NCBI GenBank assembly: GCA_040954595.2
Contig: CM082589.2
Span: 12,226,894 to 12,290,893, forward strand
Length of the DNA stretch: 64,000 nucleotides
Source: Balanoglossus misakiensis
Taxonomy: Eukaryota; Animalia; Hemichordata
Direction: 5' to 3'
A program made the position numbers and the translations under genes. Position 1 is the first letter of the stretch. The number at the start of each line of letters is the position of its first letter. Below the pieces are notes generated by a model. The model saw only the letters and a list, made by a program, of their open reading frames with translations, was not told the DNA's origin and made no database searches. This document shows, one piece after another, positions 52,501 to 64,000 of the stretch.

Positions 52501-55500
52501 TGCCACTTTTGAACAAATATTTTCTGTGAAACTGCTTGTTGGATTGCTTTGAAATTAGTTTTTTCTCTGATTGCTTTGAAATTTAGGATATAATTTCATA
52601 ACACATACCTGTATATGTGCAACTTTTATTCAATTCTGAGATCAGAAAGATTAAATATTTAGCGAGTTTTTTTGGTAAGTTTCTTTGTTTTTGGTTAGCA
52701 AATCTTCTCCTAAACAAATTGTCCAGTTGTTTTTAAAGTTACTATTTACAAGGAGTTGTTACCTCGAACAAAGACATGTTTACATAACTTAAATAGGCCA
52801 GCTGTTACAGAGACCACCAGCTATCACATTTTAATTACCAGTGGCAGGTCAGTGTGTGTCTGTTCCAGGGCTGACTGAAAGAAGTTGCTTCGCATATGTG
52901 TTTGTGTACAGACAATTTTTGGTCAATTTCTTTTTCTAGCACCACTTGTAAGACTGCCATGACACATGACAGTTTATTGGGCATGTTCCTTGTTAATGTT
53001 TTTACATTGCATATTTCTATATGGTCAGATCATAAGTGCTTGCAAATGTCACCTGTAATTTTTATTCTGCTGTGTCACTGTTTCCGCATAATCCTCAAAT
53101 GTCATCAGATCTCCGAATGTGATGAAAACAGTGTGTTTTGAGTGGGTTTTTTTAATGACCTTTTGGGTTAAAAGTGGCAAAAATGGCAATTTTGTCTTCA
53201 AAGGGGTCAATAAGACTGACTTTTTTGGAATCAGCACCATTTTTTACATTGAATGGACTAGTCTGCTCAAACTTTCCTTACCAAAAATTCTGTTTAATCT
53301 TCTGTAACATGTATACTAGTGTACATGTAGCTGCCTGATAGTTTGCCCTGTGTGTGTAATTGCTGAGTGACATAACGCATTCTGTGATTGATGCAGTCAC
53401 GTAACCACCAATCGAACGATTGTTATAAGGAGAACTGCACGACCTTTAACCGCATTAGCATACCTGATTTTTAGGGCTCGATATTACCTCTGAGGACGCA
53501 ATATTTAAGTTGAAGTTTTTTTATTTTATCATATTAGAGCAAGAAGACTTGTCTTTTATGTAAAAGAAATAGACCCTAATATACAGAGTGCATTTTGAAA
53601 CGATAGGCAGTTCCGGCCCATAGCCTAATTCTTCATTTTTCTGTCATGCGTAGGAATTGATTAGTGCTAACAACCCATGTCAAAATGGCAGCACTTGCCA
53701 ACCCTAACCTCGTGTGTGGCATTGACGTGCACCTGCCAAGGATGCTTTACTGGGAGCGCTGTGAAAATTGTCAGTCAGTTTCTTTTGTCAAATTAATCAA
53801 TATGTGTGGGACTGCTATACATGTATATAAAACAGAATACTGCGATGGAAAATTCTATAACTTAATGTTTCAGTGGATATATGACTTAAAGTTAGCAGTA
53901 TGCAGTGAATTCAACAGAAAGTGTAATTTCCTCTTGTGTGAGCTCTGTGCGACTGTGCCAATGAAAATCTCACCACAAACAAAAATGACAGGTATACACT
54001 GTATATTAGCAGCTTTGTCTCTGTAATAGCCATAGTGTTTTGAAGTTGAAAACTTGCAAAGTGTGCAGTTTTATTCACACTACAAAGGAAACATTGTTGA
54101 AACGGATTATCTGTGTACATTGTCAAACTGTACACTTGTCGCGAGATTTATTCTCAATTATATTACTAGTATATCATGCTACCGTCTGCAACTCTGATTG
54201 GACGAGAGCTAAATCCAGCGATGCTAAAATACTCAATAATGCACTGCTGGCAGTGGTAAAACGGGCTTTCTGTTTGCCACATGGGTTTGTTCTTTAGGTT
54301 GTTGTATGTGTTTACACCCATCATGTTTATTGTAGAACCAGGGTCGATCAGTGAGGCAACTGCTGTTTGTTCTATCTGCACTGTTACTCGAGGCCTCCTG
54401 CCATTTGATTGTTGTACAGTGAAGCAGTATTCATCTCCCGAGCTGTCTTCCACTTTATGCACAGCTTTGACAGTTTTATCCTTGTCTACCCTATTTGCCT
54501 TGCCTTTTGAATGGTAGCATTTGGCTAAATGGTTAGGTTTGCCACACTTCCTGCATGACTTGCCTTTAGCTGGACATACTGAGTCATGTGGTACCATTAT
54601 TAAAATAGGGGCCAGTCATCAAAACGTAAGTGAGCCAAAAAACTACAGGTCAGATAAATTGTTTTCTCGTAAATTCAACATTAGAATCAAATTTGGCGTT
54701 GGAAACAAACGGCGGGTCGCCAGTTCCTGGTCTGGAGGCTGGTAGAGTCACGTCTTGAAGACTGGCCCCTATTTTAATAATGGCATTGTCATGACCGGCC
54801 AACCTTTGACCTCGGAGACCACAATGTAGAGCTATCGATCAGCTTTTCGCGTTTCAATCAAACATTGCAATCACGGGCTAAAATCAATAACTAGTTGATA
54901 CCTTTTTCGGTGTTTCATCTAACCTTTGAAAGGAGTATAATAAAAATGAAATGACCGCACGTAATGTGCATTTCTTGTTCACGTGTGGGGACTATATGTG
55001 TGCGTAATGATCCAAATGCAAGGGGTCGTGTGAACAGGCCTTAAATAATGAGTTTGCGTTAAATAATGAGTTTGCGTTAAATAATAAGTTGACAAACGGC
55101 GCGAGTGCATTTTTTCATGGTTTAGAAATCACTTATTTATATATAATTCATTATATAATGTAAATCACTCATGATATATATATAATAGACTTGCACTTAA
55201 ATTATTTATAAATCACTCATGATATATATATAATACACTTAAATTTTTTTTATTTATAAATAATTAATTATATATAAATAATTATGTACATCACTCATGA
55301 TATATATATAATAGACTGACACTGACATTGTTTATAAATAATTTATTATATATAAATAAAAGAGCATAAAATACATTTTATGTATATAATTGAATCGACT
55401 TGAAATTATTTATAAATAAATTGTCAGGACTTAAATGGTTTGCAAATCTATAATTACATACATATAAGTATGTTAAATAACGACTTTTGAACAAATAATT

Positions 55501-56539
55501 TAGCTAAATAATAAGTTAACACATGGCACCCCATACAAACATTACGTCCAGTCCAAATATTCTGCCAATTTTACATCCAATGCATTCAAATAGTGGACTG
55601 CTTCGCTTTCATCCAGTTTTCATGTGCATCGTATAAGTAGACTTTTGTTTTGTCCCGTCTTTTCACCGAATTTGCTCTTTTCCAAATCTCCGACACAGAC
55701 TATGATCGTCACATTCTTGTCTGTTGTTAGAACAGCACACTGCCATATGGCATTGACTGTATACAGTTTCTGTTACCAATATCTCTGGTTTGGCATTTTC
55801 CTGTCCTCAATCTTTTGCCAGGGATTTTTGTGTCCCCAACCCGCGTGAGAATCCCACGTCTTTGAAGGTATGACTGTGACTATAAGATTCTATAAATCTC
55901 TGTTTATTTTCAGCACAAACATCATGTGCTGATTGCCCAGCTGGTAACCAATGTCCAAATGGTAACACTGTGATTTTATGCTCGGCTGGTTATTACAGTT
56001 CGGCCTTGGACAAAGGATGTCTCGCTGTACCTCTTGCATAACAGGTAAACTTCTACCCACCAACCTTTATTTCCAACATCAAACATTAGGTCAGGTAATT
56101 TACTAACTGAAAAATAGGATGGGAACATTTTCCATTTCTGTATTTAAAATTTACTGATATAATATATGAATGAAAAAATGACAATTTTTCCAAATTTGAA
56201 TAGACCTCTATTTATGAAAATAATTAAAATTTGCGCCAATTTTTTACAGTGGTATTCAAAGGTTAACTTGGTGTGTATATTCTTTGTTTGATTTACAGAT
56301 CAGCCGGTGCTGAACAGTGTACTATTTGTGAGCAAGGGTACGCCTGCACAGATCCCAGTGCATCGCAATTCAAGTGTACCAAGGGTTACGTGTCATTGGC
56401 TGGTGCAACAAACTGTACCAGATGTACAAATGGTAAGATTGTGGTACTTGTTCAGTTTGCTGTGTGATGAAACTGAGTGGTATGTGTGTATGCATGTATG
56501 TGTTTACAACAGATTTTCAAGTCAGTGCGACTGGGGTTA

Positions 56540-56571
<32 letters not shown>

Positions 56572-58322
56572 TACAACAGATTATCAACTCAGTGCGAAAT
56601 CTTGCGAGACCCGGTTAGCCATGTGAGATCTCGCAGAGTCTTATGATATTCAGAAAATGGTTGATTAGAAATGACGTTTAATGTCCTCCAAAGAATTTTC
56701 TACATGCCCGTATACTTGTCTCAGAATTATGAAGTGAATCATCTCAAGTAATTTGTTATTTTAAATGACACTGTATCACAAATACTTCACTAAAAACCTC
56801 ATTTTCTTTAATCAGATGAAATAAGTGAGGAGCCTGCACGCACATCCCGTCTTCTGTGCCCTGCTGGACAATCGTGTTCAGATCCAATGTAAGATCCGCT
56901 TGACTGTGGCAATGGTGAATATGCTATGGAAGGCGACGGCACATGCACGCCTTGTCCAGCAGGATCCAAGTGTCCAACCATGTCACCCGTAGTTGATTGT
57001 TCAACAGTTACTGGTAAGTTGGGCTGCAAATTACTCTTATGACTTCCCTGTGTTATAGCATGACATACACAGAAAATTAAACTGTTATGCTCATTGGAGT
57101 TGATATTGTGATGCACTTTGAAAAACACAATGATTCCACTGAAGAGGTATTGTACAGTAACACCTGTGATTACGGACATCTCTCTAATAAGGGATCGTTG
57201 GACCAAACCAATCGTTCTTTGAATTTTTTCTGTGATAGGTTCATACTCGCTAGGTTCGGCCAAGTCCTTCTGGTTATGAATGCACAACTACAAATGTCAC
57301 ACAGTGCGCTACAGGGAAGTAAAGTGTTGAAGGAGGTAAGTCTTGAAATCTCTTTTCTTCTGGTCTCGATTTGAACATGGTTCCACAAGTTGTTTACATC
57401 ACTTGTAGTTTTACATATTTTTTTAGTTCAACAGCTATGCTATACATGGTGTCCTGAGAAGTCGACCAGTATGAGAAGTCGGTATCGGCCAGTACGAGAA
57501 GTCGGCCTGTGGGAGAGAACCCTGGTACTTTGTGTTATATATAACTGTTTCACTACGAAATGTTTCCTTGATGTACAGGAGCTGAGATATTTGTACAAAT
57601 AGCCGATGAATTTTAAAACTGTCTGTTCACTTTTCATGTACGTCACCGGGGTACGTCAACATCAGTCACCTGCACTTCTTGAGCTGCGCCAGTAGTCTGT
57701 TCCTTGTCACGTTTGTTTGTTTGTTTGTTTGGTGTTGTCTCAGAAAGTATGAATATACACATACATCTTCTATGTATTTTAGTAGGCTTTGAAACAACTC
57801 CCTTTAATCAGAAATGTCACAGGAATTTGGCGAACAACCTAAGCTCCTTACGCGGATACGGGGATGGGGAACTGGTACGGATGCCAGACGCCATTATTTG
57901 AAATGACGCCATTGTGTTGTCAAGAATTTGGGAAATCCGTCCAAATGAAAATATTTAGTGCAATTATATTTTATTAAGTGTTGTTATAAGTAATCTGGGT
58001 CATCACTGCACTATTCGGGTACAAGTTCAACAACTGGCCGACTTCTCATACGCGCGTAGTGGCTGACTTCTAATCTGGCCGACTTCTCATGTATTCCTAT
58101 ACATTAGTGAAAATTGGGGAAACTGGTGTTTTCAGACAACTTATGAAGTCCCTTTCGCAATATTAACTCTAAAACAGCGGGTGATATTCCTTTTAAAATT
58201 TAACCAAATAAGCATACTTGAACTCTGTCATATCGGCAAAACACTCACTACACAAGCTGCTGTTATTCTACAGACATGACATGTGCTGATTGCGGCGTAG
58301 GTAACTACTGTCCAGATGGGTC
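43415..58322. repeat. Array copy 4 (14908 bp)
   Basis: Full-length unit; differs from copy 3 mainly by microsatellite and homopolymer lengths and SNPs. Confidence 0.97.
44403..53769 (+). pseudogene. EGF exon cluster E1-E12, copy 4
   Basis: Co-linear, same lesions. Confidence 0.88.
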
Positions 58323-58490
58323 AGACAGCCCCATTCCTTGTCCATCAAGTTATTATGCTGACACAGCCACAGAAGTATCCTGTACCCCTTGCGATCCAGG
58401 CTGTCAGTGTGCAGCAACATCACCCACTTGCCTGCACATCAAGAACCTACTCTCTGGGACCATCAACAACATGTACTCCCCTTCTACCAG
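55914..58490 (+). pseudogene. Cys-rich exon cluster G1-G5, fourth occurrence
   Basis: Co-linear, same lesions. Confidence 0.82.
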
Positions 58491-61400
58491 GTTTGTAGTC
58501 GTCTTAGTCGTAAAAACATATTTAAGGTGTTGGGCACCTCGAAATAAAGGGTCGTCTGATCATGTTAAAATTAATACTGATGATACTATGACTTCTAAAC
58601 ATTTAATCTATGGAATAAAAATTGGGGGTCAACCATCTAGAGTTTTGAAAAAGCGCCCTTTATCTAGCACCTCTTTCAGATTTTGCCAGGCTCGTAGATT
58701 TTTGTAAAATGGCCTCAAAAATAAGAATTTTGGAAGGTTTGTCATATTTTTTCACCATTGTAGAATCTAAATGTTCTGAATTATTTTATTTTTAGCAATT
58801 TTGAGATTGCTTCATGTTCAGTATGATAATCGCATGTCAATACAACTGTTACATTAAAGGAAAAGTTCAAATCCGCCTAAAACCACATTGCATTGGTACC
58901 TAGTTAAGTTGTCCTCACTTCTGACGCAAAATTTTGATGTGCAATGCACGTGTCTGTGAAATTGACGAATAAAAAAATTGTATACCAGTGCAAAATTAAA
59001 AACTCCCTGTGCAGCCTTCTTGGCAACTGCATGCTGGGAAAAGTACTCGGATGATGACGAAAAAGTTTCGGGGTTCCGGGTAGTGCTACCCCGGAATACA
59101 ATGTTGGGTGCAGACTCCAACTATGGAAAAGAGATGCAGAATGTCATGTGATATAGTAGTGAAAACAAATACACGTTGGTTCACGTATTTCAGCTCTCAG
59201 CAATCAGGGTGCATTAAAAGGCCTTGATTGGTGTGATATTCACAATTGATGATTATAAATACTTACAGTTGTATACTGTTTTATTTTGTAAATATTGTGT
59301 ACATTTGCAGCAATGAATCCGTGCGAACACAAACCTTAACCCATGCCGGAATGCTGGTACTTGCCAAGCAATCCAGGGATCTTGTACAGGCGTCACATGT
59401 CTATGTGCTGGCTGCTACCTGGGCTTCACATGTGAAACACGTGAGTACAGTACTTTGTCATTTATTAAAAAATCTAAGTGCTGAGGTACATTGTAGTAAT
59501 AATAGCAGGTGTAGTCATTATCATCATCATCATCATCTTTAAGTCAGTCATATGATCGGTAATAAAAACAGTAAAATCACCAGTATAAAAACATAACAGA
59601 GAAATAATGAACGTGTACTGGTGTTACCATAGGTAACTGTTGTATAAAATTTTGAATTCCTGTCTTCCAGTTCCTAATCCATGCTTCACTAGTCCTTGTC
59701 TCAATGGAGGTACCTGCCAACAACAGGCAAATTCTTGTACTGCCACCATTGGCATGTGCACAGAGTGTTACTAGGGAAACAGGTGTGAGACAAGTAAGTT
59801 TGAATCTATAGCAGTTAATAATGATAATTATCATTTTTTTTTATTATGATTTAAACTTCACTGATGTTGTACAAACACAAAAATAGAAATAATAATAATA
59901 ATAATAATAATTTATTTGTATAGCGTCAGTATCCACAAAAAATGTGATCAATGACGCTTAAAGCAAAAGTACAATACAACACAACAAATGGCTAAAAAAC
60001 AGATTTAAAAAGTAAAGTTTTAACATTTGATTTAAAAACAGATAAGTCTGGTGCCTGGCGAATGGTGAGTGGAAGATTATTCCAAAGAATTGGAGCAGCA
60101 ACAGTAAAAGCACGATCACCATAACTCTTGGTGCGTGATCGAACAGGGCAGAGTTTGAACTGATCAGCTGACCTCAAATTGCGACACGGAACATATAGAT
60201 TAGTCATGCTAGAAAGATAGCACAGCAGCTTAGCTCTATTCCTTTTCCAAAGTGTTTGTTCTTTTAAACTACCTGTTTTTTATTTATTCTGATTATGCTA
60301 ATATGCTAATTTGTCGGTTTGTCACATCACAATTTTTGTAGGAAACTCACCCCTGGGAATTTTTTTCAGCCACTGACATACATTCATAATCACATGACAT
60401 TGATGATCATGGAAAATTTGACCCTTTTCCTTGTAGGACTCAACCAGTGTCCACCAAATCCGTGCCAGAATGGTGGCTTCTGTCAACCGGCTCGAAATTC
60501 CTGCTTTGATCTCACCTGCATATGTACTGGTTGCTACAAAGGTGATAGGTGTGAGATATGTAAGTATACAGCGCAGTCTCTTTTACCTTTTGTCTCTGAT
60601 GCATTCAAATACTGCATGTTTCCTGAGCATAGGTGTAGCCATCACCACAGCAGAGCTTGGAGCGTTCTTGACATCGAATGCAAGATTACACTCTTCCCAA
60701 TCAAAATCACTTTCGTAGCGCATAATGTCTTGATTGTCTTAGTTCAAGAAACATTATGCGCGACTGGCCAATTTTACAGCCTTTTGTCAACGCACATCCA
60801 CTATGGAAATTCTCACTCCAGGCCAGATAGTGTAAATTTACATATGAGTCTACAGGTATGCTTGAAGTCAAGTCAAGCATTTGCAAGGAACCCTCCTCCA
60901 GTACACAGGTCTTTGATTTCATGAAGGGAAGCCCTTGCCTCACAGTCACTGCCACATGATCTATGGAGGTGTGAACAACTTGATACCAGCCTAATATAAG
61001 TTGTAGGCACAATCACTCCACACACCCTTGCCATAATTCTGCAAGGTTTTTGCCATATCTGTACTGTAGAATGAGTAGCAAGGAATAAAATGGCGTCCTT
61101 TCTTAATTTCCAGTGCAAAACCCCTGTGATCCCAACCCATGTATGAATGGTGGATTTTGCCAGCAAACATCGTGCAATTTCTATTCATGCCAGTGTGTGA
61201 ACTCTTACACAGGTGACATCTGTCAAACCATAGACCCTAGAGAAAGAAGGACGAGCAACTGCGGCAAAGATCAAAGGGTTTGGGGATTATCTGTATGATG
61301 ATGTTCTTTTGCATATAATTAACACCCAGGACAGTTGGACAATGACTTCCTTACTTCGGCACGTGTCGACCCCACCAGTGATGCGAAAACTTGCCACCAA

Positions 61401-64000
61401 ACTGACACTCCTGCATTTCAGCAGCCACTGCGTTTTTTTCTAAAATTCTAAAAGTATTACGATGTCTGTGCTAATTATTATGGTCGTCTGTCGGATGAAC
61501 GGTCATTTCTAGTGCCACAAGCTTCATTTAAAAATTGTAAACAAATCATCCATGCCAAATTCCTGTTTAACTTGTGCAGATGTGTTCCATAAATGATTGC
61601 TGCGTTCAACCACGTTGCAGTTTTCTCGTCTTCTGCGAGATGTTCTAAGGTGTTTGTGATAACTTCACGCAAAACGCGAGACTTTGCGTTAGTTTATACA
61701 CAGTTTATTTGCAAATTGGATTATTGGGATTTACCTGGAAATAATGTATGCAAAAGAACATCATTTCAAGAAAAAACTGGAGTTGCGCGTCCTTCTTGCA
61801 TGTCCGACTGGGCACTCATATTTCTTGGTAACGCTGACACTTTTCGTAATAATTTTATGTTTGCGTGAAGCATTGAAACAAAAATTGTGGTTTAGGGGCA
61901 TTTTATTTCGCAGTGCGTGAACAATAAAACAGATTTCACGAAAACAATTTATAAACAAACTGGCTGGATTTTCATGTGTGCGCTATTGCCGCCAGGCAAC
62001 CCTCGGTACGGTTAGCTCACAGCCTTGTGAAATACCCGGACTGTTAGACAAAAGATGCTTGTTTTGGACGCTGTCAGACTCAGAGGTGCCAAATTCCTGT
62101 TTAACTTGTGCAGATGTGTTCCATAAATGATTGCTGCGTTCAACCACGTTGCAGTTTTCTCGTCTTCTGCGAGATGTTCTAAGGTGTTTGTGATAACTTC
62201 AGGCAAAACGCGAGACTTTGCGTTAGTTTATACACAGTTTATTTGCAAATTGGATTATTGGGATTTACCTGGAAATAATGTATGCAAAAGAACATCATTT
62301 CAAGAAAAAACTGGAGTTGCGCGTCCTTCTTTCTCTAGGGTCCATGGTCAAACAAGTGAGTATATACTTTCAAGACACCCTGCAAACAAACAAGCAATCT
62401 TTATTCCGTAGATCTTTAAGCATATTTATGCATTGTATATTTTGATGTGAAACTTCAAATTTTATTGGTCTTGTTGCCAAACTTCTGAAGAAATGAGGAT
62501 ATTGTTTTGAAGGGTATTTTATCAGTAGATAACAAATACCATGGCCCTCCATGCAAATACCCACATGGTAAATTAAAACTGTTACAGGTGTATTTGATTT
62601 AAGCAATAAAACACCCCCAGCCATGGTATACCACGAGATTTTGACCAGTTCACGACATATACGCACGAGCGATAGCGAGTGCGTATATAGAGTTGAACTG
62701 GTCAAAATCGAGTGGTATACCATGGCTGGGGGTGTTTTATTGCTATTATATTATGCCAGTATATTGAAACTTTGCATAAAACATTTTAAAAAGGCATTTT
62801 CTTTGACTATGATATATGACTGTGGTATATGGCTAATATATCACGGTCACGTGTCGTGTCTCGACCAATCAAATAGCGTGATTTACACCATCAATATACT
62901 GGTATAATATAATTCCACATATGGATTACATGTGGGATAATATTGGGTGCTGGCAGTTTCAGTAAATGAACTGCTCTTAAAAGTTGGGTGTCAGGGCACC
63001 CTTGACTTCTTATTGTTCAGTTATACATTTAGGAGGCTCAGTTATATGAGAACCCGATAGAACCACAGCTGTAGGAATTAGGGAAATGGTCATACCCTAA
63101 AAAACTTATGTCACTACTATTTTTTTTTCATGCCATTGAAACAGAACAAACTCCATGTAGGCCAAGTCCATGCCTGAACAATGGGCGGTGTAGTCAGCTG
63201 TCTTGTACAACTTATGAGTGTACTTGTCCAGGATGTTTCACCGGCACACACTGCAGCCAGTGTAAAACTCATTAAAACAAACATTTGTCATGCAGGAACT
63301 AACATTTACAATCATGTCTCAATACATTGTCTGTTGGTCATACTTTATATTTTCATCTTCAGCATCACACCTTGGTCCTTGGGAATCGGTCACCTCAAAA
63401 ATGATGTACAGCTGAAAGAAAACATGTTTATTTGAAGAAAAAACTGTTGATCGTTCATGAAAATTTTCCCTACACAAGATACATATACAGAGATTTTCAT
63501 AGCCCCATAAGTGCGTCCCAGAATGAGCAAGTTGTTTTTGGAAGTGAAGTTCCGTTCAGTATTTACAGTAATGGTAATGATGATGTTTTCATCAAACAGA
63601 TTTTGAAAGTAAATATTGCTGAGATAACATTAGGTTGCACTTTTTATTGCAGTCCAAGATCCAGGCCAGCGAAACAGCTGTCTCAACGGGGCTGTATGTA
63701 ATGCAGTGGCCAACTCCTGCACGGCATATACCTGTGCCTGTACTGGTTGCTATGAGGGTAACCGTTGTGAAATATGTAAGTTTCTGACGTACCGTAAATG
63801 ACAATCTTTTGGGCACTTTCTCTTCATGGCAATTGAATTGTGTGGTAACTTCTCATTTCTAAAATTTCCCCAAGAGAAAAGAAAGGAAAAGGAAACAGAA
63901 ATTTCATTTGTATGTCCGTGCAATTTAGGATAGGCACGAACTTGTGAGGAAGTGTACGAAGTTGGATGTTTTCATCACTCAAATATACAAGAGTTGCCTC
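58323..64000. repeat. Array copy 5 (partial, net 142-bp deletion at ~60220)
   Basis: Co-linear with the start of the other copies; the offset to copy 1 drops from 58322 to 58180 across the LINE fragment. Confidence 0.97.
59311..63775 (+). pseudogene. EGF exon cluster E1-E6, copy 5 (cut by window end)
   Basis: Co-linear, same lesions. Confidence 0.87.

Larger units (their letters stand above)
1..64000. repeat. Macrosatellite: head-to-tail array of a ~14.9 kb unit, ~4.4 copies, running off both window ends
   Basis: Marker AGACAGCCCCATTCC recurs at 1, 13086, 28518, 43415 and 58323. Periods are 13085, 15432, 14897 and 14908 bp. The ORF track repeats nearly residue for residue. Confidence 0.99.

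Noticed and set aside
149-63816. The many 60-160 aa ORFs in the track
   Set aside because: They are off-frame or antisense readings of exons, introns and MITEs with no recognisable domain. They recur only because the DNA is repeated.

Overview
Eukaryotic, AT-rich, intron-containing DNA, probably an invertebrate animal (inferred from repeat style and exon types, not established). The whole window is a head-to-tail tandem array of a ~14.9 kb unit in about 4.4 near-identical copies. In window phase the copies are 1-13085, 13086-28517, 28518-43414, 43415-58322 and 58323-64000 (partial). Each full unit carries, on the + strand, (a) twelve phase-1/phase-1 exons, each encoding one EGF-like module of an unusual 8-cysteine type, and (b) five exons of CPAGxxC (GCC2/GCC3-like) cysteine-rich repeats. 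Many exons have stops, frameshifts, lost cysteines or a lost splice site, and these lesions recur across copies, so the gene(s) decayed before amplification. The introns hold transposon debris: a 5'-truncated L2-type LINE, a P-like MITE with a 7-bp TSD and an internal 534-bp repeat, a double-hairpin element, a Helentron/HINE-like element, a Gypsy gag-protease fragment, a 190-bp MITE and a MULE-like element with an 8-bp TSD. Copies differ by a 1810-bp deletion (copy 1), an extra 534-bp repeat (copy 2), a net 142-bp deletion (copy 5) and block-structured SNPs. I found no intact protein-coding gene, RNA gene or autonomous transposon. Most listed ORFs are spurious.
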